Below are positions 8,542 to 17,900 of a stretch of 64,000 nucleotides of DNA, one piece after another; the stretch's first letter is position 1, and every line of letters starts with the position of its first letter. The stretch comes from an uncultured Opitutus sp. (GTDB lineage Bacteria; Verrucomicrobiota; Verrucomicrobiia; Opitutales; Opitutaceae). Location of the stretch: NCBI GenBank assembly GCA_964460715.1, contig CAYWRG010000018.1:773-64772 (forward strand), read 5' to 3'. A model generated the notes under the pieces. That model searched no databases, was not told where the DNA came from, and was given only the letters and a program-made list of their open reading frames with translations. The position numbers and the translations under genes were made by a program.

Positions 8542-8697
8542 GCAATCCTCTGGATCCTAAATCGTGTACGCCAAGCGCTCGGTGCGACCATTAGCGGAGC
8601 GCGTCTGCACCGTGAGGGGACGTTGATTCCAATTCTTCCGGGAAATTCCAGCCGCCGGGGCTTGCGGAAGGCGCGGCTTTTGCAAGGGTGGGGCCGC

Positions 8698-9387
8698 ATG
8701 CTTACGATCACGGGCCTGAAGAAATCGTTCACGTCCCCAGAAGGCAGCTCCGTGCTGATTGTCGATGTGCCGCAGTTCACGCTCGCGGCCGGCGAACAGC
8801 AGGCGCTGCGAGGGGAAAGCGGATCGGGCAAAACCACGTTTCTGCATCTGATCGCGGGCATCCTCGCCGCCGATCAGGGCACGATCGATCTCGCGGGCAC
8901 GAGCCTATCGGGTCTGGCCGAGCCGGCGCGCGACCGGGTGCGGGCGGACAAGATCGGGTACATTTTCCAGACGTTCAATCTGCTGCAGGGCTACACGGTG
9001 CTCGAAAACGTCGTGCTGGGCATGTCGTTTGGCCCGCGTGGAGCGGACCGCGCCAAGGCGAAGAGCCTCCTGGAGCGTGTCGGGTTGGGTCACCGACTCG
9101 ACCACTATCCGCGGCAGCTCTCCACCGGTCAGCAGCAGCGCGTGGCCGTCGCGCGTGCGCTGGCGAACCACCCTGCGCTGGTGCTCGCGGACGAACCCAC
9201 CGGCAATCTCGACCGCAAACACGGGCGCGAGGCCCTCGCGCTGATCCGCGATGTGTGCCGCGAAAACGGGGCGGCCCTCCTCCTGGTGAGCCATGACGAG
9301 GAGGTGCTCGCGCAGTTCGAACTGAAGAGCGATTTTGCCGAACTCAACCGGGCCGCGCCGAAGTCGGTCGCCGCCAACCAACCCTGA
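8698..9387 (+). CDS. ABC transporter ATP-binding protein (MacB/LolD/FtsE-like)
   Basis: Internal ATG at 8698 (MLTITGLKKSF...). Walker A GESGSGKTT, signature LSTGQQQRVAVARAL, Walker B LVLADEPTGNLD. Confidence 0.9.
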   Translation: MLTITGLKKSFTSPEGSSVLIVDVPQFTLAAGEQQALRGESGSGKTTFLHLIAGILAADQGTIDLAGTSLSGLAEPARDRVRADKIGYIFQTFNLLQGYTVLENVVLGMSFGPRGADRAKAKSLLERVGLGHRLDHYPRQLSTGQQQRVAVARALANHPALVLADEPTGNLDRKHGREALALIRDVCRENGAALLLVSHDEEVLAQFELKSDFAELNRAAPKSVAANQP

Positions 9388-9398
9388 GGACCTTTGCC

Positions 9399-10601
9399 GT
9401 GACGCTACCCTTGATCGTTTACCGCAGTCTGCGCCAGCACGCGCTGTCCACCTTGGTCACCGCCACGAGCATCGCCTTGGCGTGCGGATTGTTGATGACG
9501 GTGTGGATGGTGAAGGACCAGTCCCAGCGCGCTTTCGCCGACTCGACCACGGGCTTTGATGCCGTGCTCGGTGCACGCGGTTCGAAGCTCCAGCTGGTGC
9601 TGAACTCGATTTTCCACCTCGAGGCCTCGCCGGGCAACCTGGCGCCGGCGGACTACGAGGCGATCCGTCGTCATCCGGCGGTGAAGACGGCGATCCCGAT
9701 CGCGGTGGGCGACAATTACCAAGGCTGGCGCATCGTCGGCACGGTGCCGCAGCTCTTCAGCGTCGAGTACAGCAAGGGAAAGAGCTACGCGGTCGCGCCC
9801 GGCGGCAAGCAGTTCGATCCGGCCCAGCGTGAGGCGGTTATCGGCAGCCTCGCGAGCGAGCGCCTGGGCCTGAAGGTGGGCGATACGTTCAGCCCCTATC
9901 ACGGCATCAATTTCGATCCCAACGCGCAGCACGAGGAGGTCTATACGGTCACCGGCGTGCTCAATCCGACCAACACGCCGGCGGATCGCGTGATCTGGAT
10001 TCCGCTGCAGGGCGTGCAGACGATGGGCGGCCACGATCCCAAGATGGCAGCTGATGTGAGCGCCGTGCTGCTCCAGTTCCGGGCGCCGACGGCCGGCATC
10101 ATGCTGGATGTGATGTACAACAAGCAGGGCAACCGATTGACGCTGGCCTATCCGATCGGCGCGGTGGTGGCGGACTTGTTCAACAAGATTGGCTGGATGG
10201 ACAAAGTCCTCGCGCTCGTCGCCTACCTTGTCGCGGTTGTCGCGGCCGGTTCGGTGCTCGCCAGCATTTACGCTTCCATGCACGCCCGGCGGCGTGACAT
10301 TGCGATTCTTCGCGCGCTGGGTGCGCGTCGCCGCACGGTGTTCGGCGCGATCGTGGCCGAAGCGGCGGCGATCGGTGGTCTCGGTGCGATCGTGGGCTAC
10401 GCGGTGTACGCCGGCCTGTTCCTGCTCGTGGCCGGTGTGATCCGCGCCCAGACCGGCGTCGTGCTGGAGCTTGGTTCCATGCATCCGGTGCTGTGGGCTG
10501 CGCCGCTCGGCATGGCCGTCCTCGGTGCGCTCGGCGGCGTGGTGCCCGCGCTCAAGGCGTACAAGACCCCGGTGGCTGAAAATCTCATTCCTGCGTCATG
10601 A
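9399..10601 (+). CDS. ABC transporter permease, FtsX/MacB-type with periplasmic domain
   Basis: 400 aa, GTG start. N-terminal TM, about 230-aa periplasmic domain, then the C-terminal 3-TM FtsX module (RRRDIAILRALGARRRTVFGAIVAEAA...). Confidence 0.85.
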   Translation: MTLPLIVYRSLRQHALSTLVTATSIALACGLLMTVWMVKDQSQRAFADSTTGFDAVLGARGSKLQLVLNSIFHLEASPGNLAPADYEAIRRHPAVKTAIPIAVGDNYQGWRIVGTVPQLFSVEYSKGKSYAVAPGGKQFDPAQREAVIGSLASERLGLKVGDTFSPYHGINFDPNAQHEEVYTVTGVLNPTNTPADRVIWIPLQGVQTMGGHDPKMAADVSAVLLQFRAPTAGIMLDVMYNKQGNRLTLAYPIGAVVADLFNKIGWMDKVLALVAYLVAVVAAGSVLASIYASMHARRRDIAILRALGARRRTVFGAIVAEAAAIGGLGAIVGYAVYAGLFLLVAGVIRAQTGVVLELGSMHPVLWAAPLGMAVLGALGGVVPALKAYKTPVAENLIPAS

Positions 10602-11059
10602 CCTCCCTCGCTTCCCTTCGTTCGCTTCGCACCGTTATCCTTGCTTCCGTCATCGCCCTCCTGGCCGCTGGCTGCGGTCAGGGCGGCGGTTCGTCCGGTG
10701 GCGGCCACGCGCACACAGCCCCGCATGGCGGCAAGCTGGTGGAGGTGGGGGAGCACGCGTACAATCTGGAGTTCGTGGTCGACCGCGAGGAAGGGAAACT
10801 CACCGCGTACGTGCTCGACGGTCATGCGGAAAATTTCATCCGCACCGACCTCTCGGGCATCGCCCTGACCGTGAACGGCCGTCCGCTGACGCTGGCGCCG
10901 GTGGCGAATCCCGCGACCGGTGAGACGGTGGGCAGCACGGCGCAGTTCGAAGCGACGGCCGACTGGCTGAAGGCGCCGGGCGCGCAACTCACCGTGAGCA
11001 TCCCGGCCCTGACGCTGCGTGGCAGCGCGTTCACCGCGATCGAAGCGACCTTGCCCTGA
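10598..11059 (+). CDS. Lipoprotein with His-rich HGG motif, unknown function
   Basis: ATGA overlap with the permease stop. Lipobox LLAAGC, Gly/Ser linker, then GHAHTAPHGGKLVEVGEHAYNLEFVVD and DGHAENF. Confidence 0.7.
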   Translation: MTSLASLRSLRTVILASVIALLAAGCGQGGGSSGGGHAHTAPHGGKLVEVGEHAYNLEFVVDREEGKLTAYVLDGHAENFIRTDLSGIALTVNGRPLTLAPVANPATGETVGSTAQFEATADWLKAPGAQLTVSIPALTLRGSAFTAIEATLP

Positions 11060-11084
11060 GTCCAGAGAAGACCGACAGATTTTT

Positions 11085-11168
11085 CACCACGAAATACACG
11101 GAACACACGAAAACCGATCCGGATATCTGGGCTCAGACCCTTTCGTGTGTTCCGTGTATTTCGTGGTA
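11085..11168. repeat. Long hairpin element (27 bp stem, 28 nt loop)
   Basis: Arm 11086-11112 accacgaaatacacggaacacacgaaa is the exact reverse complement of 11141-11167. It lies between convergent stops at 11059 (+) and 11215 (-). Confidence 0.9.
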
Positions 11169-11214
11169 ATACCGGATCGAATCCGGGTGGTGTGCGGTCG
11201 ATACTGAGATCGTC

Positions 11215-11667
11215 TCAGCGCGAGATGTCGCGCTGGGTCAGCACCCGGAATCCGTGGTGATTGAGCGTCTGCGCGGCCACGTCGGTGTCCTCGGCGTTGA
11301 TGGCCAGCGCGGAGCGACCCTCGGGGCGTTTGATGAAGCTGTAGATGTAGTGGATGTTGATCTCGGCTTCGAGCAGGGCGGCGAGCACCTGCTTGAGATC
11401 GCCCTCATCATTGATCTCCACCGCGAGCACGTCGCACTCGGTGTAGGGGAAATCATTGTTGATCATGAGCTCGCGTGCCTTGTCCGGGTCGTCGACGACG
11501 ACCCGCACGATCGCGCTGTCCGTCGTGTCGAGAACGGTGAGCGCCATGACGTGCACGTTGTTCTCCTTGAACAGTGCGGTCAGGTCGAACAGGCGACCAA
11601 CGCGATTCTCCGCGAAGACGGAGAACTGTTTGACGGGATCGGCGGCGGTAGCGGTGCGGGCGGCCAT
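11215..11667 (-). CDS. ACT domain-containing protein (tandem ACT)
   Basis: Start taken at the second ATG (MAARTATAADPVKQFSVFAENRVGRLFDLTALF...). Two ACT-like beta-alpha-beta-beta-alpha-beta units. Confidence 0.7.
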   Translation of the reverse strand: MAARTATAADPVKQFSVFAENRVGRLFDLTALFKENNVHVMALTVLDTTDSAIVRVVVDDPDKARELMINNDFPYTECDVLAVEINDEGDLKQVLAALLEAEINIHYIYSFIKRPEGRSALAINAEDTDVAAQTLNHHGFRVLTQRDISR

Positions 11668-11794
11668 GTTCGGATCTAACAACCATGGCAAACGGGCCGG
11701 AGGCGGTCAATGGCCGGGCGGTTGTCCTGCTCCGATGAAAATCCACGGATGACCACCCGCGAATCATGCGAATCGGCACGAATTCAGAAGAACG

Positions 11795-11875
11795 ACCACG
11801 GAACACACCGAACACACGGAAGCTCTGAGTTCGGATTTCTTCACCCTGTTCCGTGTGTTCGGTGTGTTCCGTGGT
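11795..11875. repeat. Long hairpin element (perfect 27 bp stem, 27 nt loop), related to 11085..11168
   Basis: accacggaacacaccgaacacacggaa (11795-11821) is the exact reverse complement of 11849-11875. Weaker flanking complementarity extends it (cccgcgaatcatgcgaat at about 11757 versus attcgcggtgattcgcggg at about 11895-11913). Confidence 0.9.
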
Positions 11876-11926
11876 GATTCAATTCGGTTTTATTCGCGGT
11901 GATTCGCGGGCAGAATCCTCAGTGCC

Positions 11927-13057
11927 TCAGCTGGGCAGCGTAAACGCCGGCAGCTTCATGACCTCACCGCCGCGCAGGGCGGACTCGTGGGCGAGGATGC
12001 CGGTGCAGGTCCAGTTGGCCGACTCCATCGCGTTCGGGAACGGGTCGCGGTTCTCGATCAGCGCGGAGATGAACTCGTGGGCGAGGTGGGGATGCGAGCC
12101 ACCGTGGCCGCCGCCCTGGGTGAAGGAGAGGTGCTCGTTGCCCTCGGTGTCGTAGACGCCCTTGGTCGTGAACCGGCGGATGGGCTCCGGCAGGAGATGC
12201 GCGAAGTCCGGCACCGTGACCTTCTGGGGGATCTCGGGCTCTGGCTTCTTCGCGGTGTGGATGACCGGATGCTCGCCCTCGACGAGCGGCCACTCGAAGG
12301 TCTTGAGGCTGCCGTAGACGTCGAAGCTCTCGCGGTACTGGCGGGCGACATCGAACAGGCTGCGATAAATGCGGGCCGTGAGATCGCTGTCCTTGAACTT
12401 GATGTGGGTGGACTCGACCGCGAAGGGCGAGTTGTACTTCGGGATCATTTCCTCGCGGATCCGGCCGGAGCCGAAGCAGGAGACCGTCTCGGCGAGGTTG
12501 CGCGTGAGGCCGAGGCAAGGGCCGACGCAGTGCGTGGCGTAGTGCATCGGCGGCAGGCCGGGCCAGTAGCCGGGCCAGCCGTCCATGTCCTGCTGGTGAC
12601 TCGCCTGGAGAAACTGGATCTTGCCGAGCTCACCCTTGCGGTAGAGGTGGCGGACGAAGAGGAACTCGCGGGCGTACACGACCGTTTCCATCATCATGTA
12701 CTTGAGGCCGGTCTCGCGCGTGAGCTTCACGATCTGTTCGCAGTCGGCGACGCTTGTGGCCATCGGCACGGTGCAGGCGACGTGCTTGCCCTTGCGCAGG
12801 GCCTTGATCGACTGCGCGGCGTGGTCAGGGATCGGCGTGTTGATGTGAACGGCGTCGATCGACGGATCCTCCAGGAGTTCGTCGTAACTCTGGTAGCGGC
12901 CCTTGATCCCAAAATGGTCAGCCACGGCGTCGAGCTTGTCCTTCGAGCGCTGGCAGACCGCGGCGAGGTGGGCCTGCGGATGGGCCTGGTAGATGGGAAT
13001 GAACTCGGCGCCGAAGCCGAGGCCGATGATGGCGACGTTGATCTTGCGGTCTTTCAT
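11927..13057 (-). CDS. Gfo/Idh/MocA family oxidoreductase
   Basis: 376 aa. N-terminal Rossmann motif KINVAIIGLGFGAEF. Typical family layout. Confidence 0.85.
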   Translation of the reverse strand: MKDRKINVAIIGLGFGAEFIPIYQAHPQAHLAAVCQRSKDKLDAVADHFGIKGRYQSYDELLEDPSIDAVHINTPIPDHAAQSIKALRKGKHVACTVPMATSVADCEQIVKLTRETGLKYMMMETVVYAREFLFVRHLYRKGELGKIQFLQASHQQDMDGWPGYWPGLPPMHYATHCVGPCLGLTRNLAETVSCFGSGRIREEMIPKYNSPFAVESTHIKFKDSDLTARIYRSLFDVARQYRESFDVYGSLKTFEWPLVEGEHPVIHTAKKPEPEIPQKVTVPDFAHLLPEPIRRFTTKGVYDTEGNEHLSFTQGGGHGGSHPHLAHEFISALIENRDPFPNAMESANWTCTGILAHESALRGGEVMKLPAFTLPS

Positions 13058-13920
13058 GGGGTGGAGGCGGAGGGGTTGAAGGTGCGTTGAAGAAAGGCGA
13101 GGCCCTCGCGGGCAAAGGTGTCCTGATCGGGCACGCGGCGCTTCCAGATGCAGACCGCGGCGGCGAGATCGCGGTTTTCCGGGGTGAAGCTTTCGATGAC
13201 CACCATGCCCTGGTACTTCACGGCCGCGAGGCCGCGGGCAAAGGCGGCCCAGTCGGTCAGGCCGGTGCCGGGTACGCTCCGCTGGTTCTCGGAGACTTGG
13301 ACATGGACGAGAAGATCACCCGCGGAGCGGATGGCCGACTCCAAGTTGTCCTCCTCGAGGGTCATGTGAAAGCTGTCGATCATCACGCCGGCGGCGGGAT
13401 GCGCTACATCGCGGGCGAAGCGGACGCCGTCGGCGACGGAGTTCACGAGATCGGTCTCGAAGCGGTTGATCGGCTCGATCGCGATGCGCTTGCCGCGTTT
13501 GGCCGCGGCGACGCAGGCGGCGTGCACGCCCTCGACGGCGAGTGACCATTCGGCGCGGCGCTGGGCCTCGGGCAGGTAGCGGCGCTTGCCGACCTCGGAG
13601 TACAGCGGACCGCAGAGCGCGGGGGCGTCGATCTCCGCGGCGAAATCGAGGCAACGTTCGATGTAGTCGAGGGTGGAACGACGGACGGTGGCGTCGGCAT
13701 GAGTCAGGTCACGGCCGGGGCCGAAGGCGCCGCAGACCGAGGCCTTGAGGTTGTGATCCGCGAGCAGGCGCCGGATGCGCTTGGCGTCAATCAACGCGGG
13801 ATCCTCGAGCGGCAGTTCGATCGCACCGAAGCCGAGCTTGGCGACGCGCGGAATGAGGTCCTCGGCTGCGGCGGTCGTGAGCGGGGAAACCCAGAGCCAG
13901 GTGGTGGCACCGATGATCAT
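13054..13920 (-). CDS. Sugar phosphate isomerase/epimerase (xylose isomerase-like TIM barrel)
   Basis: Internal ATG at 13920 (MIIGATTWLWVSP...). AP-endonuclease-2/TIM-barrel family features (GFGAIELPLED, IAIEPINRFETD, HVQVSEN). 4-nt overlap with the downstream oxidoreductase gene. Confidence 0.8.
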   Translation of the reverse strand: MIIGATTWLWVSPLTTAAAEDLIPRVAKLGFGAIELPLEDPALIDAKRIRRLLADHNLKASVCGAFGPGRDLTHADATVRRSTLDYIERCLDFAAEIDAPALCGPLYSEVGKRRYLPEAQRRAEWSLAVEGVHAACVAAAKRGKRIAIEPINRFETDLVNSVADGVRFARDVAHPAAGVMIDSFHMTLEEDNLESAIRSAGDLLVHVQVSENQRSVPGTGLTDWAAFARGLAAVKYQGMVVIESFTPENRDLAAAVCIWKRRVPDQDTFAREGLAFLQRTFNPSASTP

Positions 13921-14081
13921 GGAGAAGGAGGCGGCGATGGGGTGGGGCTGGGCCGTGCGTCGGACGGGCGCAGCGAGGGGTGAGGCCGTTGAGTATGCCA
14001 CGGCGGGAGGAATCCGGTCTAGGATGCAGCCGTGCATTCGTCGTGTATGATTACGACAAACGCGGCGCGTGGGCGCGGCGA

Positions 14082-14861
14082 TCAGCCGGTTATGACGTAT
14101 TGCCGCCGGTAGGTGGTGGGCGGCATGCCCATGGCGCGGCGGAACTGTCGCGAGAAATCGCTGTGGTCGTAGAAGCCGACCTCCATGGCGATCTCGGTCG
14201 GGCGGCGGTCGGTCGTGCGCAGCCGCTCGGCGGCGATCGCGACGCGCATGCGGATCAGGTAGGTCCGCGGGTTCATCTGGAAGGTCTGGCGAAACTTGCG
14301 CTCGAACTGCCGGACGGAGAGCCGCGAGAGCTTGGCGAGGTGCTCGACGTCGAGTTTCTCACTGAAGTGTTCCTTCAGGTAATCGGCGGCGGGTGCCAGG
14401 TCGAGGTACGGCTGGATGGCGGCGCGGGTGCCTTCATAGCTTTTGACCGTGCCGCAGATCCCGCAAACCCGGCCGTGGCGATCGCGCAGCGGGAGCTTGT
14501 TGGTCTCGCACCACTCCGGTCGGCCGGCGGAGTTGGGAAAGAGTTCGATGATCCCGAGGATCGGCTGACCGGAGGCAATCACCCGGCGGTCGCCCTCGCG
14601 GTAGTGCTCGGCGAGCGCGTGGGGAAAGATGTCATCGTCGCATAAACCCACGACCTCTGCCTCCGAGGTAAAGCCGCACCGTCGGGCGAACGCGGTGTTG
14701 GCGTACATGATCCGGCCGTCGAGGTCCTTGGCGAAGAACAGGATGCTGCCCACGTGTTCGAAGAGGAGCCGGAACTGGCCGGGTGGCAGTTTTTGCGCCC
14801 ACGCCTCCTGTAGACGCAGCCGCTCCGATGGCGAATGCATACACGGAAATGAGCGCCTCAT
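14082..14861 (-). CDS. AraC family transcriptional regulator with N-terminal PAS-like domain
   Basis: C-terminal HTH_AraC (LSVRQFERKFRQTFQMNPRTYLIRMRVAIAAERL...EVGFYDHSDFSRQFRRAMGMPPTTYRR). N-terminal PAS-like segment (ILFFAKDLDGRIMYANTAFARRCGF). An alternative start at 14840 is possible. Confidence 0.85.
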   Translation of the reverse strand: MRRSFPCMHSPSERLRLQEAWAQKLPPGQFRLLFEHVGSILFFAKDLDGRIMYANTAFARRCGFTSEAEVVGLCDDDIFPHALAEHYREGDRRVIASGQPILGIIELFPNSAGRPEWCETNKLPLRDRHGRVCGICGTVKSYEGTRAAIQPYLDLAPAADYLKEHFSEKLDVEHLAKLSRLSVRQFERKFRQTFQMNPRTYLIRMRVAIAAERLRTTDRRPTEIAMEVGFYDHSDFSRQFRRAMGMPPTTYRRQYVITG

Positions 14862-14929
14862 TCCTATCGTGTCAACGGGGGTTCTGCTAGAGTCAGGCTG
14901 GTTCGTTACCCGTTTACCCCCTTCTGACC

Positions 14930-17900
14930 ATGCGCCTCATCCGGTTCGTGCTTCTTGCGTTCTCTCTCATCGACGGCGCCGCATTTGCGGCGGAGCCGGT
15001 TGTTCATCCGAAGGCTGACGCGCGTCGGCTTGAGGTGCTCTTCCTCGGTTCGCCGACCGCGAGTCACGCGGCGCACGATCCGATCACGCGTTACCGCATG
15101 CTCAAGAAAGCCACGGGCACATCGGGCATCAACCTGACGTATAGCGAGAGCCTGGAGGAAGCGCTGACGCCGGCGTTCCTCGCGCAATTCGACGCTGTGC
15201 TGCTCTACGCGAACTGGCCGCGGATCGAGCCGGCGCAGGAGCGGGCGCTGATCAGCTACATTGAGAGTGGTCGCGGGTTCATTCCGGTGCACTCGGCGTC
15301 GGCATGCTTTGGCAATTCCGATGCGTTCATCGCGCTGGTTGGCGCACGCTTCCAGCGTCACGGCGGTGAGGTCTTCACGCCGGCCACGGTGCTGCCGGAT
15401 CACCCGACGATGCAGGGACTGGCCCCGCTCGAGGCCTGGGACGAGACGTATCTGCACGATCGCCAGGGCGGTGATCGCACGGTCCTGCAGGTGCGCAAGC
15501 ACCCGGCAGGCGAGGAGCCGTGGACTTGGGTGCGCACGCAGGGTTCGGGCCGTGTATTTTATACCGCGTCGGGTCATGACGAGCGCGTCTGGGATCTGCC
15601 GGCGTTTCATCAGCTCCTGATCAAGGGCATCACGTGGGCGGCAGGTCCTGAGGCCTCTGGTCGACTGACGCGGCTGCAGTTGCCCGTGCTCAAGGAGCAG
15701 GACGTGATCATGCCCGGCTACCTCCGCAAGCAGCCGATCACCAAGGCGCAGATGCCGCTCTCGCCGGTGGAAAGCGCGAAGATGATCCAGGTGCCGCTCG
15801 GGTTTGAGGTTTCCCTCTTTGCGGCCGAGCCCGAGATCGTGAACCCGATCTACATCGGCTGGGATCACCGCGGCCGCGCCTACGTGATCGAGACGATCGA
15901 CTACCCGAACAATCTCCAGGCCGGCAATGTGGGCCATGACCGGATCAAGATTACCGAGGATACGAATGGTGACGGCCGGGCGGACAAGTTCACGGTGTTT
16001 GCGGAAGGGCTTTCGATCCCGACTTCGCTGGTCTTCGTCAACGGCGGCGTGCTCACGACCAACGGTACACAGCTGCTTTTCCTCAAGGACACGGACGGTG
16101 ACGACAAGGCGGACGTGCGGCAGGTGCTGGTCGAGGGCTTCAAGATGCACGACACGCACGCGAGCGTCTCCAATCTCCGCTACGGCTACGACAACTGGAT
16201 CTACGCGACGATCGGCTACTCCGGATTCGCGGGCGAGGTCGGCGGCGCGAAGCTCGAGTTTGCGCAGGGCCTCTTCCGGTTCACGCCCGACGGCAAGAAG
16301 ATGGAGTACCTGCAGCCGACGACCAACAACACCTGGGGCCTCGGCTTCATGGAGGACTTTGCGATCCTCGGATCGACGGCGAACGGCAATCCCTCGTGGG
16401 TCTACACGCTGCCCCAGGAGCGTTACCGCGCGTTCGGCATCAACCAGCCGCGCACGCCGCGGGCGGACGACAATCCGTTCTATTATCCCAGCTCGATGGA
16501 CATCCGTCAGGTCGACGTCCACGGCAAGTACACCGCGGGTGCCGGGCATGCGTTCTACACGGCCCGCCGCTTCCCGGCCGATTACCAGAACAAGGTCGCC
16601 TTCGTCACCGAGCCGACGGGCAAGCTCGTTGGCTCCTTTGATGTGGCGCCGGCGGGCACGATCTACACGGCGCGGCAGCGGCCCAACAACATCTTCAACA
16701 GTGCCGATGCGTGGAGTTCGCCGGTCACGGCCGACGTCGGTCCTGATGGCGCGCTCTGGATTGCCGACTGGTACAATCTGATCATCCAGCACAACCCGAC
16801 GCCAACCGCCGCGTCGTCCGGCGTTGATGCGCAGAACGGGCGCGGCAACGCCTACCAGACGGCGCTGCGCGACACCGAGCATGGCCGCATCTGGCGAGTT
16901 TATCCCAAGGGCAGTGCAAATGACGCGATCCCCGCGCTCGATCCGGCGCGCCCGGAAACCCTGGTCGCGGGGCTCTCGCATACGAATCAACTCTGGCGCC
17001 TTCATGCGCAGCGGCTGTTGGTCGAAGGCGGTCACCGGAGCGCGGCGGCCGACCTGCGGCGGACGGTCCAGGCGGGTGGCGTGGGCGCGGTGCATGCCCT
17101 CCAGGCCCTCGCGGGGCTGGGAACCGTGGACGCCGAACTCCTGACCGTGGCGTGGCGCTCGGACGACGCCGGCCTGCGCCGGGCCGGACGTGAACTTGCG
17201 GCGCGGGACAACCCGGCGTTCCTCCGCCAACAAGTCATGGCGGGCACAGGACCGTTGACCGCGGCGAATCCGCGCGAACTCATTGAATTGCTCGGCGCCG
17301 TGTCGCGGCTCGAGGCATCGCCTGAGCTTGGCCTGCGAATTTTTGCCACCGGCGTCGCACAGGAAACGGCGCTCGTTAAAGACACGGTGCTGGCCGATGC
17401 CTGGCAGCTCGCGGCGCGGGCCCATGCGGCCGGCGTGATTGATGCGGCGCTCGCGGCCAATCTCCCCTTCAAGCAGGCGGACCAATCCCTCGCCGGCCAA
17501 GTTCTCCCGGTGGTGGCGTGGTACGCGGGCACGGCGCCGGATCGCCGCGCGGCGGTGCTGGCGAGCGCACGCGGGCAGTCCAATGCGTTCGCTGCGTACG
17601 TGGCGGGCGGCCTTGCAGTCCCCGCGACCGGCCCGGTGGCGGCCAAGTTTGCGCCTGATCCGGTCATTCATCAGCGCGGTGCCCAGATATACGGCAACAC
17701 CTGCGTGGCTTGCCACGGCCTGGATGCGAAGGGCGTCGAAGGCGCGTTCCCGCCGCTCGCGGGTTCGGAGTGGATCACCGGCGATCCGTCGGCCGCGATT
17801 CGCATCGTCCTGCACGGGCTGACGGGGCCGATCACCGTGGCGGGCCAATCCTATGACAGCATCATGCCTCCGGTGGTCGGACTTTCGGACGGCGACATCG

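Noticed and set aside
11085-11875. Possible CRISPR array, based on the repeated roughly 27-nt sequences
   Set aside because: The repeats are inverted pairs forming hairpins, not direct repeats with regular unique spacers. There are only two elements, separated by a gene, and no cas genes are in the window.
14906-17848. 980-aa ORF on the minus strand, antisense to the ThuA/cytochrome c gene
   Set aside because: Arg/Gly/Pro/Ala-dominated low-complexity translation with no motifs. It fully overlaps a plus-strand ORF that has clear domain signatures. This is the typical stop-codon-poor antisense frame of high-GC DNA.
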